Shown here: piece after piece, positions 52,935 through 62,809 of the stretch
How positions within the stretch are numbered: position 1 is the first letter of the stretch
Layout: each line of letters starts with the position of its first letter
Assembly (NCBI GenBank): GCA_963767925.1
Contig: CAVYGB010000001.1
Coordinates: forward strand, 64,001 to 128,000
Direction: 5' to 3'
DNA from: an uncultured delta proteobacterium
Lineage (GTDB): Bacteria; Myxococcota_A; Polyangia; Fen-1088
DNA length: 64,000 nucleotides
Position numbers and translations under genes: made by a program
The notes under the pieces: model-generated
Databases searched by the model: none
What the model was told of the DNA's origin: nothing
The model's input: the letters and a program-made list of their open reading frames with translations, nothing else

Positions 52935-53142
52935 ACCCCTCCCTCTCCCCGCTGCGCGGGGCGAGGGCGAACAGGTGAGGAGGAGCGGAGATTTCGGCCG
53001 AGTCCCGGCGCCTGGCCGGTGGTCAATGGGAGGGGAGCCTTCGGCTGGATCCGGCAGATGTTGGGGCCCGGGGGATTGTGGGGGCACCTGGCCGGTCGTT
53101 CGCCCTCGCCCCGCGGCAGCGGGGAGAGGGCGGGGTGAGGGG
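52935..53142. repeat. REP-like inverted doublet, family C
   Basis: CCCTCTCCCCGCTGCGCGGGGCGAGGGCGAAC...GTTCGCCCTCGCCCCGCGGCAGCGGGGAGAGGG between convergent operons. Confidence 0.85.
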
Positions 53143-53213
53143 TCCTCTGGCGTTCGCGAGACCGGCTTGCTGCTGTCGTCGAGCGAGGTCCCCTCTCCCG
53201 GGGGGCTCCGGCG

Positions 53214-53798
53214 TCACTGGGCCAGGGCCACCCGGATGACGATGCCGCCCATGACGTCGCCGAGCTTGAAGTCGGTGCGGGGGCTGTCGGGGTGGCCGTT
53301 GTGGCAGTCCACGCAGGCCTGCGAGACCGCCTTGTCCGGGTAGACGGCGGTGAAGTAGCGGGCCTCGCCCAGCACCTCGTCGGTGTAGTGGTTTGTCGCC
53401 TTCTGGGTCACCTCGGCCAGGCCGACCTTCTCCGCCTCGGTGCGGGGGCGGTTCTGCTTGTTGATGGGGTCGAGCGACAGCAGGCTGTAGGAGAAGTCCT
53501 TGGTCTTCTCGCGCACCCGCTCGGCCCCCATGCGGAACATCTGGGCGGGCAGGGGGAGGGTCTTCTCGTCCTTCCAGTGTTCGGTGGCCTTGAGGACCTT
53601 GTCCTCGTTCTGGAGGCGGTTGACCACCTCCTTTGTGTAAACCTCCCGGTCGGCCGACATCACGGCGTAGAGAGCGTCGGTGAAGGCGCGTTTGCGGGCG
53701 GCCTCGTCGGGCGGGGCGGGCGGGGGGGTGGCGCGGCAGGAGGAGCCCAGGAACGCCCCGGCCAGCAAGGCCGGTATAATCGAGTCGGTTGCTTTCAT
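53214..53798 (-). CDS. DUF3365 (Tll0287-like) monoheme lipoprotein
   Basis: Lipobox GSSC, LPLPAQMFR, YSLLSLDPIN, ACVDCHN, FKLGDVMGGIVI. Confidence 0.85.
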   Translation of the reverse strand: MKATDSIIPALLAGAFLGSSCRATPPPAPPDEAARKRAFTDALYAVMSADREVYTKEVVNRLQNEDKVLKATEHWKDEKTLPLPAQMFRMGAERVREKTKDFSYSLLSLDPINKQNRPRTEAEKVGLAEVTQKATNHYTDEVLGEARYFTAVYPDKAVSQACVDCHNGHPDSPRTDFKLGDVMGGIVIRVALAQ

Positions 53799-53858
53799 CA
53801 GTCGTCGTCCTTCGCAAGGTGTCGGCACGGTAGCGGCTGGCGCCGGGGGGGGCCGGCG

Positions 53859-55250
53859 TCAGCGGGGAAGCTTGTCGATGAGGTCCATGCTGGTGACGGC
53901 GGGCGCCGGGCGGCCCTGGAAGTTGGTCTGCACCAGGGCGGGATCGGCCAGCGCGTCCAGGGAGAAGCTCGCGCCGTGGCAGTGGATGCAGACGTCTCGC
54001 CACATCCGGTCGCTGGGGCGGAGGTTGCCGTTCTGGTTGTGCTCGACCTTGATCACCTGGGCGCCGTCCTTCGTCACGAGCTGCCGGGGCAGGTGGCAGG
54101 TCGCGCAGGAGACGCCGGTGCCGGGCGCGGCCTCGTGCCGCTGCTCGTCCCGCCAGGCGTTGAAGTGGGCCGAGGTCCGGTAGGCTCGGGTGTGGCTGTC
54201 GTCGTGGCAGCCCTCGCAGGCGGTCACCGCGGCCTGCACCCGGTCGAAGCGGTGGGACCCGTGGCAGGTGGTGCAGCCGAGGGTGCGGGAGGCGCCCTCT
54301 TCCTTCGCCTGCGGCTTCATCGGGGCCCGGGCCAGGCTGGGGGACATGGCGCTGTGGCCGGCCACCAGCCGCATGCCGTGTTTGCCGTCCCGGAAGCCCA
54401 GCCGCTCGTCGCGGTGGCAGTTGGCGCAGACGGTGTCGTTGACCGTCCAGCTCCAGCTCGGGCTGGGGGCGTTGACGCCGGGGGCCCGGTCGCCGTCGAG
54501 GGGCCGCTCGTGGCAGCCGGTGCAGTTGACCTGGGCCCGGGCGTGGGCCGACGCCGTCCACTCGCTGATGCTGGCCATCATGCGGCCGTTCCACTGCTCG
54601 GGCTCCATCCCCTCGGGCCCTGGCTCGCTGCCCGAGGTGGCGGGAAAGTCGGGCGGGGGGGGGATGGCGGCGGCGACCGTGGGGGCCAGCACCACCGGCG
54701 GCAGCGGGACGCGGGGGTCGGCCCGCAGCTCGGGAGCGCCGCGGTCCTTGAGCAGGAAGTCGCGGTACAGGCCCCGGTTGTCGTGGTAGTTGTGGCAGCC
54801 GGCCGAGGCGCAGCCGGCGTCGTCGAAGGTGGCGTGGCTGGGGCGATCCTCGCGAACGTCGGCGTGGCAGGCGATGCAGAAGGTCTGCGGCTCGCTCACG
54901 CTGCCGCGAAGCCGGGCCTCGGCCCGGTGCTCGCGGTGGCAGGCCACGCAGGAGCGGGCGTCGACGTGGGTGAGCTGCAGGGCCCGCACCGGGTCGTCGA
55001 ACTTGGCGGGGGCGTGGCTGTCGTTGCGGGCGCGCAGCGATTCGCCGTGACAGCCCAGGCAGGAGGCCTCGCTGACCCCGCCGAAGGGGGTGTGGCAGGT
55101 GGCGCAGTCGTTCTCGATCTGGTGGTGCCCGTCCGAGGTGCGCCCGGGCAGGAACAGCGCCTGCTCGGCCCGCCAGTGGCGGTTGCCGGCGAAGCCGACC
55201 GGCGCGCAGAACAGCAGCCCGAAAAACAGTCGGCGGGGCCAGGTCCTCAT
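53859..55250 (-). CDS. Multiheme c-type cytochrome (10 CxxCH plus 1 CX4CH)
   Basis: CATCH, CLGCH, CVACH, CIACH, CASAGCH, CTGCH, CANCH, CTTCH, CEGCH, CATCH, CIHCH. Confidence 0.93.
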   Translation of the reverse strand: MRTWPRRLFFGLLFCAPVGFAGNRHWRAEQALFLPGRTSDGHHQIENDCATCHTPFGGVSEASCLGCHGESLRARNDSHAPAKFDDPVRALQLTHVDARSCVACHREHRAEARLRGSVSEPQTFCIACHADVREDRPSHATFDDAGCASAGCHNYHDNRGLYRDFLLKDRGAPELRADPRVPLPPVVLAPTVAAAIPPPPDFPATSGSEPGPEGMEPEQWNGRMMASISEWTASAHARAQVNCTGCHERPLDGDRAPGVNAPSPSWSWTVNDTVCANCHRDERLGFRDGKHGMRLVAGHSAMSPSLARAPMKPQAKEEGASRTLGCTTCHGSHRFDRVQAAVTACEGCHDDSHTRAYRTSAHFNAWRDEQRHEAAPGTGVSCATCHLPRQLVTKDGAQVIKVEHNQNGNLRPSDRMWRDVCIHCHGASFSLDALADPALVQTNFQGRPAPAVTSMDLIDKLPR

Positions 55251-55257
55251 GGCGGGA

Positions 55258-55905
55258 TCAGAAGTAGTAAGAGGCGAGGACGTGCAATCCGATGAAGGCG
55301 ATCACCGGCCAGAACAGCAGGACGTGCAGCCGGCGGCCGATCTTGAGCCCCCGGTGGACGGGGGGGCTGCCCCCCATGGCGAGCGAGCAGTAGGCGCCGA
55401 GCACGCACAGCGCGAGAAAGAGGATCGACAGCCAGAGGTTCAGGTTGGCCCCCAGCCGCAGCCCCGTGTGCGAGACGAGCCCGGCGATGGCCAGGGTGCC
55501 CACCAGGGCGTGCACGGTTCGCCACAGCCAGAGCTGCTTGCTGCCGGCGCGCAGCTTGCGGGCCAGCGGCAGAAGCATGCCGATCACGAGCAGCCCCACC
55601 ATGGCGAAGCCGGTGATCTGCTGCTCGAGCGGTCGGCGCAGGAAGAACGCCCACTGGGTCAGCCAGTTGGGCTGGTAGATTTGCAGCAGCTCGCGGCCGC
55701 CGGCCGTGACCGCCACCAGGAGCAGCCCGAGGAGCCCCATCGCGCCCATCGCGCGATGACCGCGGGACCGGGTGGGCTTGCCGGTGGCGGCGCTCGGCTC
55801 GCGCTGGGCGGTGCGGGTTTGCCCTGGGCGCGCGGCGATCCTGATCCCGGACGCAGCCGTCGCCAGGGTCGGAACCGATTTGGTGGGGTTCGCCGACAAG
55901 GACAC
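55258..55905 (-). CDS. Membrane protein with His residues in TM helices (cytochrome b-like)
   Basis: WRTVH...VSHTG and RRLHV...GLHV His pairs in hydrophobic helices. Start uncertain (55749/55905). Confidence 0.6.
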   Translation of the reverse strand: MSLSANPTKSVPTLATAASGIRIAARPGQTRTAQREPSAATGKPTRSRGHRAMGAMGLLGLLLVAVTAGGRELLQIYQPNWLTQWAFFLRRPLEQQITGFAMVGLLVIGMLLPLARKLRAGSKQLWLWRTVHALVGTLAIAGLVSHTGLRLGANLNLWLSILFLALCVLGAYCSLAMGGSPPVHRGLKIGRRLHVLLFWPVIAFIGLHVLASYYF

Positions 55906-56074
55906 CTCTACCCGCTGAATCCGTCCCTTTTTCAAAGCCGGACGGGCTCGTTTCTTCGTCGATCGTGGAACGACAGGTACGCGTCGCACGCACTCCCCCT
56001 TGCCCTCATACCCCCGAGTACCGTTGCCAAAAACTTACCGTTCCCGGCGGCCAAGTCAACGAGCGACCGGAGCC

Positions 56075-56343
56075 TTCTCCGACGGACAGTGCCCTGAGAA
56101 CCCTGATGCGAGGGCGGTGCGTGGAGGTGGATCGCGAAGGTGCGCGAAGCATTTCTCCGACGGAGAAGCCTCAGCCCCTGATACGGCGAGGGAGCATTCG
56201 CGTGGGATCGCGCGCGGCAGGCAGCTTCGATCGGCGGCGCAGCGCTGAGGCCCTGAGGCGTCAGGCGCGCGGCGCTGGATGTGGTCGCTGTCCGAAGATG
56301 TAGTCATCCACAGACAACGCGCGCTGAGGCCCTGAGGCGTCAG
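56075..56343. repeat. Degenerate array, about 75-79 bp period, 4 units
   Basis: CCCTGA at 56101, 56176, 56251, 56330; exact 23-mer at 56242 and 56321; TTCTCCGACGGA at 56075 and 56153. Confidence 0.6.
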
Positions 56344-56514
56344 CCCGCCGGCGCGCCCCGCCGTCGCTACGCACGCCCAGCGATCGGCGAGGTGCGCACG
56401 GCGCGCGGGGCGATCCGCGCTGAGTGGGGGCGGCTGGGACGGGGAGCAGAGTCCGGGGCCGGACGGCTGCTTGCTTCATTGCTGGTACGCCTCCGCTGGC
56501 GGGGCCGCGGCCGA

Positions 56515-57297
56515 TCACACCGGGTGGGGGGAAGGGGTGGTCTCGGGGTTGGTGGTGCCGGGGAGGTCGAAGGGGCTCTTCAGGGTGCTCCGGCGCAGAG
56601 AGGCGGGCGGCAGGGAGCGGCGGTCGGTCACGTCGACGGACATGCCGAGGATGCCGATGACGGCGCCGCGATCGTCGCGCAGGGGGACCTTGCTGACCAG
56701 CAGGGAATGGGGGCCGTCGGGGCGCTGCTGGATCTCTTCCAGGTTGTGGACGGGCTCACCCGACTCCATCACCCGGCGGTCGACCGAGAGGGAGCGGTCG
56801 GCCTCTTCCCGGGTCGAGCAGAGGTCGTGGGGACTCTTGCCCACGAGCTGATCGAGCGAGGCCAGGCCGAGGGCGCGCAGCTGGTTGTGGTTGGCGCCGA
56901 GATAGACGCCGTTGCGGTCGCGCCAGAACACGCAGTAGGGCAGCCCGTCCACCGTCAGCCGCACCACCGCGCGCTGCCGTTCGAGATCGTTGATCGTCTT
57001 CTCGTGGCCGAGGATCTCCTCGGCCAGGCGATCTTCCATCTCGGTCAGGGCCCGGTCGAGCTCGGCTCGTTCGAGGCTGGCGGCCTGGGCACGCGCCTCG
57101 GCGCGCTCGAGGGCCTCCAGCAGGGCGTTGCTGGCAGCGGCCAGCTCGCGCAGCGACGTCTCCTCGAAGGGGCCGCGGATGCGCCCGAGCGGGCGGCGAC
57201 CCAGGATGCCCCGGAGCTGCGCGCTGAGGGAGGTAACCGCCTGATCGAGTGGGACCGCCGGATTCGCGCGACCGCCACGACCAGGTGGGTTGCCCAT
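56515..57297 (-). CDS. Coiled coil + PAS/PAC protein without output domain (possibly truncated)
   Basis: LPYCVFWRDRNGVYLGAN, LVGKSPHDL, SKVPLRDDRGAVIGILGMSVDVTDR, then a low-information tail. Confidence 0.8.
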   Translation of the reverse strand: MGNPPGRGGRANPAVPLDQAVTSLSAQLRGILGRRPLGRIRGPFEETSLRELAAASNALLEALERAEARAQAASLERAELDRALTEMEDRLAEEILGHEKTINDLERQRAVVRLTVDGLPYCVFWRDRNGVYLGANHNQLRALGLASLDQLVGKSPHDLCSTREEADRSLSVDRRVMESGEPVHNLEEIQQRPDGPHSLLVSKVPLRDDRGAVIGILGMSVDVTDRRSLPPASLRRSTLKSPFDLPGTTNPETTPSPHPV

Positions 57298-57453
57298 GGC
57301 TCGACATGATGGCACGCCCCGCCACGCCGGTAGCGACGATCGTCGGGCGCGAAGGCGCGTCGGCGACGGGGGCTGGCGATCGCGGGCCCGCAGCGCAGAG
57401 TGGATGTGATGGAGGCCCCGATCGGACGGATTTGTCCTGGCCGCAACCGACAG

Positions 57454-57483
57454 TGTGGATGTGGATGTGGATGCGGATGTGGA
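57454..57483. repeat. (TGTGGA)n hexamer tract
   Basis: Five units read directly. Confidence 0.8.
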
Positions 57484-57622
57484 CGCCAGCCAGTCCCCTG
57501 GAACGCATCAGGCGGCCGCTGTCGGTGCCCGGCTCGCCCCCCTACTTCTTCCACTGACCGGGGAACCCCGAAGGGCGCCGACCTTGCCCCTATGTGTCAG
57601 ATGGCGCTATGCTTGGAGCCAG

Positions 57623-58051
57623 ATGGCACTGAGGAGCGCTGTCGATTTTCTCGGTGGCAGGCGTGTCATGGGCCATCGTGTCGAGGAGGTTCAGATCCGG
57701 GACGCTGTGCGGAAGGGCCTGCCCTACGCGGCGCTGGACGCTCTGGCGGAGGCGCTGGCCATGGGGCAAGGCGATCTCACTGACGTCGTGGGGCTCTCCC
57801 GGCGCACGACTGTGCGTCGCCGGAGTGAGGGCCAGCTCTCGCCCATCGAGTCGGACCGGCTGTACCGGGTGGCCCACATCGCGGAGTTGGCGGTCGAGAC
57901 CTTCGGCGGGTTGCGGGAGGCCCGCCTCTGGCTGAGCCGTCCGAACCGAGCGCTGGGCGGTGAGGTTCCGCTGCAGATGCTCGATACCGGGATCGGCGAG
58001 CAGCAGGTGAAAGAGGTTCTGCTGCGCCTCGGCCATGGGATCCATAGCTGA
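57623..58051 (+). CDS. Xre/MbcA/ParS-type antitoxin
   Basis: VRKGLP, LSPIESDRLYRVA, ARLWLSRPNRALGGEVPL, G...V...L.RL.HGI. Confidence 0.92.
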   Translation: MALRSAVDFLGGRRVMGHRVEEVQIRDAVRKGLPYAALDALAEALAMGQGDLTDVVGLSRRTTVRRRSEGQLSPIESDRLYRVAHIAELAVETFGGLREARLWLSRPNRALGGEVPLQMLDTGIGEQQVKEVLLRLGHGIHS

Positions 58052-58510
58052 GTGCAGGTGTGGCGCATCCTGCGGCGACGGTACCTGCGCGAAGCGCTCA
58101 GCGGCCGCGGAGGCCTTGCCGTGGCAGGCCGCTGGCACAGCCGGGGCCGCCTCATTGTCTACGCATCGGAGTCACTGTCGCTGTCCGCGCTCGAGGTGCT
58201 GGTTCACACGGAGCCCGATGTGGTGCCGCCCGACCTGATGTCCGTGGTGATCAACATCCCCGACGACATCCGCATATCCACCATGCACCTCCGGACGCTG
58301 CCCGTCCGATGGCGGGGCCATCCAGCGCTCCGCTCGCTTCAGGTGCTGGGCAACCGGTGGCTAGACGCCCGCCGGACGGCGATTCTCCAGGTGCCGTCGG
58401 CCGTCATTCCCGGTGAGCGCAACTACCTGATCAATCCCTCCCACCCCGACGCCGGGCGCATCCGCGTCGTCGGTGCTGCGCGTTTCGCCTTCGACTCACG
58501 GTTGATCTAG
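58052..58510 (+). CDS. RES-domain toxin (NAD+ phosphorylase family)
   Basis: VWRI, GRW, VYASESLSLSALEVLVH, LQVPSAV, NYLINPSHPD, FDSRL. Confidence 0.93.
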   Translation: MQVWRILRRRYLREALSGRGGLAVAGRWHSRGRLIVYASESLSLSALEVLVHTEPDVVPPDLMSVVINIPDDIRISTMHLRTLPVRWRGHPALRSLQVLGNRWLDARRTAILQVPSAVIPGERNYLINPSHPDAGRIRVVGAARFAFDSRLI

Positions 58511-61500
58511 GTCGCCGACGCCATCTGCGCGCCGGCGTCAGCGAGGTGGGGGGACTCGTCTTGCAGGAGGAAGCCGGCGGCGGCGAGCTGGGGGCGCAAG
58601 GTCGTGGCGTCGCCGACGATGGCCAGGACCTCGCGGTCCTGGCAGGGTTGCAGCAGGGTGGCGACGGCGGGGGGGGTGGTGGCGGCGAGGTTGGTGGGGT
58701 AGTCGTCCCAGACGGTGAGGGGCCAGCGGTGGTGGAAGGCGCTGCGGATGGCGCTGGCCTGCACCGAGGCGAGGGCGAAGCGGCTCATGAAGGTGCGGCC
58801 CACTTCCCAGCGGGCGTCGGCGAAGCTTGCGGGGTCCAGGGCGCCGCGGCCGATCTCGCCGATGACGGCCAGCAGGTGGGTCAAGGCGCGCGCGACGGCG
58901 GGGTTCTCCACGGTGCCGCCGAGCTGCAGGTGGGCGGCGTTGCCGGGCATCACCACCACCCGGGCGTGCAGGCCGTAGCTGGCGCCCCAGCTCGCGCGCA
59001 CGCTCCAGGCGCGCTCGCCGGCCAGCTCCTCCAGCACATCGTAGGCCGGGCGCCGCTCGGGGGCGGCGTCGGCCAGGCGGCAGCCGAGCGATAGGCTGGC
59101 CTGGGTGGCGCCGGGGCGATCCACCAGGTAGGCGGCGCGGTGGGTGGGACCGGCGGGCGCGGGGGGCGCGGCCATCGGCAGGGCGGGTGGGCCGGCGGCG
59201 GTCCAGGCGCCGAGGTAGCGATCAGCGAGCGCTTTTACCGCCGCCGGCTCGACGTCGCCGTGGACCACGACGACGGCGTTGTCGGGGCGGAAGTGGGCCT
59301 GCACGAAGGCGCGGGTCTCGCTGGCCGGCGCTCCGGCCAGGGCCAGGGGGTCGACGTAGCCCGCCTCGCCGAAGGGGTGCCCGGGGTAGAGCGCGCCCCA
59401 CAGGCGCTGGCCGGCGGCGAACTCGGGGCGGCGGCTGGCCCGGCGCCAGTGCTGGCTCTCGTCGCGCAGCCGGCTGCCGAGCAGGAGCAGGGCCTCGTCG
59501 TCGAGCTCGCGGCAGCGGACGCTGTCGGACAGGACGGCCAGGCCGTTGGCCAGGTTGCCGGAGAAGACGCGCACGAAGGTCTCCGATTCGGTGAGCCCCT
59601 GCAGCCCCAGCATGCGGCCGCCCACCGGCTGCAGGCTGCCGTGGGTCCGACAGCGGGAGGGGTGCAGATCTGCGGCCAGGCGGGCCAGACCGACCGGCCG
59701 CAGGCTGGCGTCGCCGCCGCGCAGGCCGAGCTCGATCTGGGCGATGGGGGCGGCGGGGCGGGGGATGAGGTGCAGCTCGAGGCCGTTGGCCAGCCGGAAG
59801 TGGGGCAGCCGGGCAAGGCCGGGCGAGGGGACCGTCTGGCGGATGCGGGCGCCGTCGAGCGCCTCGGCGGGGGCGCCGGTGCGGGCGGGGATGGCGGCGG
59901 GGTCGCCCAGCAGGTGGGGCGCGGGGTGGAGGGGCTCGGAGGGGGCGGCGGTCCCGCTCGACACGCCGGGGATTTGGCTGCTCTCCGGCTCGAGGTAGAT
60001 CGCCACCGCCCGGTCGCGCCCCAAAAAGTCGATCCCGAGGTCGCGCACGCGCGCCGGCTTGATCGCGGTCAGCGCCCGGAAGTTGTCGAGATAAAACGTG
60101 GCGCGGCCGGTGGCGGCCAGGTGCTCGGCCAGCGCCAGGGCGCGGGTCAGCGGCTCGACCGAGGTGGCCAGCAGGTCGGTGGCGGCGTACCAGCGGCTCG
60201 TCGCGGTCTCGGCCAGGCGCTCGCCGGTCCAGGCCTCGCCGAGGATGTCGAGCAGACGGGTGCGGGCCCAGGCCGGGTCCGACCCGGGCCGCAGGGAGGC
60301 CTGCAGCAGGATCACCGAGGCGTGTTGCAGCTCGAGGCTCTGGGCGTCGACCCGCTCGATGTCGCGATCGCGGACCGGATCGAGCGCGGCGGCGAGGGCC
60401 TGGTCGAGGCGGGCGGTGGTCAGGCGCAGCAGGGCGCCGTCGTCGCGGGGGCCGGGCGGCAGCGACCAGGCCAGCAGCAACTCCGGCTGCACGAGGGGGC
60501 CCCGGTGCCGTTGCAGGGCGCGCTGGTGGGGGGGCATCGCGGGGGAGGACGTGCGCGCGCGCAGCGGCGGTCGCGGCTCGCTGGCCGGGCCTTCGGGGCC
60601 GCGGGGGCCGAACAGGACCTCCGCCGGCCAGACCCCGACCAGGCGGCTCACCTCGGCGGGGCCGACGTCGCCGGCGATGACCAGGGTGAAGTTGTCGGGG
60701 CGGTAGTGGCGGGCGACGAAGGCGCGCGCGTCGGCGGCGGTGGCCGCGTCGAGGGAGGCGTCGGTGCCGCTCACCGGTCGGGCCAGCGGGTGACCGGGCG
60801 GGAAGAGGGCCTGCAGCACCAGCTCGAGCCCGCGCTGGCCGACGGTGGTGTCGCTCCGTTGCCGGCGCTCGTTGCGCACGACGCCCTTCTCGGCGGCGAA
60901 CACCTCGGGCGAGACGCCCTCCAGGGTGCGGGCCAGGCGCCAGCCCTCGAGCTCCATCAGGCGGGGGAGCTGGTCCCGGTGGGCGATCGAGTGATAGACG
61001 GTGCGGTCGCTCGTCGTGTAGGCGTTGAAGGTGGCGCCCATGCGCTGCAGGTGATCCCAGAGCTGCGGTCCGCCCCCCGGCCGGGAGCGGAAGGCCAGGT
61101 GCTCGACCAGGTGGGCCAGCCCCTCCCGCCCGGGCGGATCGGCGGTGCCGCCCGCGCCGAACACCGCCACCGCGGTCACGATGGGGGCGCTGCGGTCCTC
61201 GATCACGAGGACGCGCGCTCCGCTGGGCAGCGGCACCAGCCAGTGCGGGTGCTCCTGCGGCCCGATCACCGGTGAATCCGGCAACCCGGTGGCGCAGGCG
61301 CCGGCGAGCAGCAGGGCGGCCAGGATCGGTGCGGGCGCCCGGCGGGGGCGATCGCGATAGGGGGCGGCTGCCCGGCGGGGACGATCGCGATCGCTTGCGG
61401 GTGCCCGGCGGGCGTGCTCGCGATCGGTGGCGGGTGCTCGGCGGGCGTGCCCGCAATCCGTGGCGGGTGCCTGGCGGGCGTGGTCGCGATCGGTGGCGAC

Positions 61501-61551
61501 GGGGGTCGGGAGGCGCGCGGAGGGGGCGGTCCGCGGGGCCGCGGGGGTCAT
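58507..61551 (-). CDS. M16 (insulinase family) zinc peptidase, lipoprotein-like
   Basis: GLAHLVEHL (HxxEH), FNAYT, EKGVVRNERRQR, HYRPDN, second half RLANGL...HFRPDN; lipobox LAGAC. Confidence 0.92.
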   Translation of the reverse strand: MTPAAPRTAPSARLPTPVATDRDHARQAPATDCGHARRAPATDREHARRAPASDRDRPRRAAAPYRDRPRRAPAPILAALLLAGACATGLPDSPVIGPQEHPHWLVPLPSGARVLVIEDRSAPIVTAVAVFGAGGTADPPGREGLAHLVEHLAFRSRPGGGPQLWDHLQRMGATFNAYTTSDRTVYHSIAHRDQLPRLMELEGWRLARTLEGVSPEVFAAEKGVVRNERRQRSDTTVGQRGLELVLQALFPPGHPLARPVSGTDASLDAATAADARAFVARHYRPDNFTLVIAGDVGPAEVSRLVGVWPAEVLFGPRGPEGPASEPRPPLRARTSSPAMPPHQRALQRHRGPLVQPELLLAWSLPPGPRDDGALLRLTTARLDQALAAALDPVRDRDIERVDAQSLELQHASVILLQASLRPGSDPAWARTRLLDILGEAWTGERLAETATSRWYAATDLLATSVEPLTRALALAEHLAATGRATFYLDNFRALTAIKPARVRDLGIDFLGRDRAVAIYLEPESSQIPGVSSGTAAPSEPLHPAPHLLGDPAAIPARTGAPAEALDGARIRQTVPSPGLARLPHFRLANGLELHLIPRPAAPIAQIELGLRGGDASLRPVGLARLAADLHPSRCRTHGSLQPVGGRMLGLQGLTESETFVRVFSGNLANGLAVLSDSVRCRELDDEALLLLGSRLRDESQHWRRASRRPEFAAGQRLWGALYPGHPFGEAGYVDPLALAGAPASETRAFVQAHFRPDNAVVVVHGDVEPAAVKALADRYLGAWTAAGPPALPMAAPPAPAGPTHRAAYLVDRPGATQASLSLGCRLADAAPERRPAYDVLEELAGERAWSVRASWGASYGLHARVVVMPGNAAHLQLGGTVENPAVARALTHLLAVIGEIGRGALDPASFADARWEVGRTFMSRFALASVQASAIRSAFHHRWPLTVWDDYPTNLAATTPPAVATLLQPCQDREVLAIVGDATTLRPQLAAAGFLLQDESPHLADAGAQMASAT
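61340..61500 (-). repeat. 33-bp in-frame tandem repeat x5 (e.g. TDRDHARQAPA)
   Basis: Five imperfect 11-aa units before the signal hydrophobic stretch. Confidence 0.8.
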
Positions 61552-62069
61552 GGCCGGCGGGCCCGCGCGCGGTCCCTGTCGATGGCGTCGGGGGTGGTTC
61601 CTCGGGCAGGTGGGCGCGCGACCTTCGTCGCCGGGGTGCGGATCGACGGCTGCATCGGTCGGGTGGAGGTGCTGCTGGACGATGAAGCGGGGCTGGTCAC
61701 GGGGCTCGTGGCCGGGCCGGCGCTTCCGCGGCGGGCGCCGGTGTCCTCGATCCGTTCGGTGCCCTTCTCACCGGTCACCTGCGCGCACTCGGCGCCTGGC
61801 TGGTCGGGGTCGGGGCGCTCGCCGGGCAGGTCGTGGTTGAAGAACGCGCCGCGTGTGCGGCAGATGAGGGTCACGTCGGGGCGGGTGCGCACGGTGATGG
61901 TGATGCGCATCTCGGACGTCACGGCGGGCGCGGGGACGCCATCGGCCGTGGCGGGCAGGCGGGTCGCGGGGCGATCGAGGTTCTGCAACACGCCGCCCAG
62001 CGAGGTGGGGATGGCCCAGCGGCCAGCCCAGGGCGTGTTGAGCATCAATAGCAGGAGCAGGGATTTCAC
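61548..62069 (-). CDS. Hypothetical exported protein
   Basis: GGAGG then GTG 62069; KSLLLLLMLNTPWA signal; ATGA overlap with the M16 gene. Confidence 0.55.
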   Translation of the reverse strand: MKSLLLLLMLNTPWAGRWAIPTSLGGVLQNLDRPATRLPATADGVPAPAVTSEMRITITVRTRPDVTLICRTRGAFFNHDLPGERPDPDQPGAECAQVTGEKGTERIEDTGARRGSAGPATSPVTSPASSSSSTSTRPMQPSIRTPATKVARPPARGTTPDAIDRDRARARRP

Positions 62070-62624
62070 GATTCCTCCAGAAGGTCCGGCGGTCCGGCGG
62101 AACATCCGCACGGCATCACCGAAACAGAGACGTCGGTCGAGGCAACGACGTGAACAGGTCGTTGCCGGAAAAGGAACAGGGGTTGCCAGGCTTCCCGTGT
62201 GAAACGGAAATGAAGCTCAGCGGTATTGGCCGCCAGAAAACGGCCGGTGCAGGCTCTCGCTCGGTCCTGGATCTCCTTGGATCACCAGGCGATGGGACAG
62301 CGATGATAAGGAGCTGGATGCGCTGGCTTCGACCAGGCCTGTCGGGGCTTGAGCGCGATCGAGAGGGTCGTGACAACCCCGAGGATCCCGGTCATTTCCG
62401 ATGCCTGTATGTCGATGTCGCCAGAACGCATGTCAATTCTCCCTCCTGCAGAGGCAAACGTACGACAAAGGCTTTCTTCTCACGAGGGCAATTTGGCGAC
62501 TAATCCGCATGAAGGCGTGATGGTCCGTACAATTCCCGGTGACTCGGGAGAAACGGGCCCGGATCATTTTCCGCAGTTTCCGGCCTGAAATGGCGGAGCC
62601 CGCTCGGTTTCAGGATGAATTCGC

Positions 62625-62742
62625 CAGCTCGACACCGCCGCGGGTGACCTTGGTCCCGGCGATCTCCTTCAGCGGGTGGGTGAATCCGACGGCTCGACAC
62701 CGTCGAGGGTGACCTTGGTGCTGGCGATCTCCTTCAGCGGGT
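62625..62742. repeat. 65-bp period direct repeat x2
   Basis: GCTCGACACCG..GGGTGACCTTGGT..GGCGATCTCCTTCAGCGGGT occurs twice. Confidence 0.75.
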
Positions 62743-62809
62743 AGACGCAGGTCGGTCCCGTGCCGGTCAACATGCAGCGCCGCGCGGGTGGTGTTTTCGA
62801 GTCTTCGCC

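Noticed and set aside
62625..62742. att site or CRISPR
   Set aside because: Two imperfect units, no integrase or tRNA nearby; more likely a local duplication in decayed sequence.
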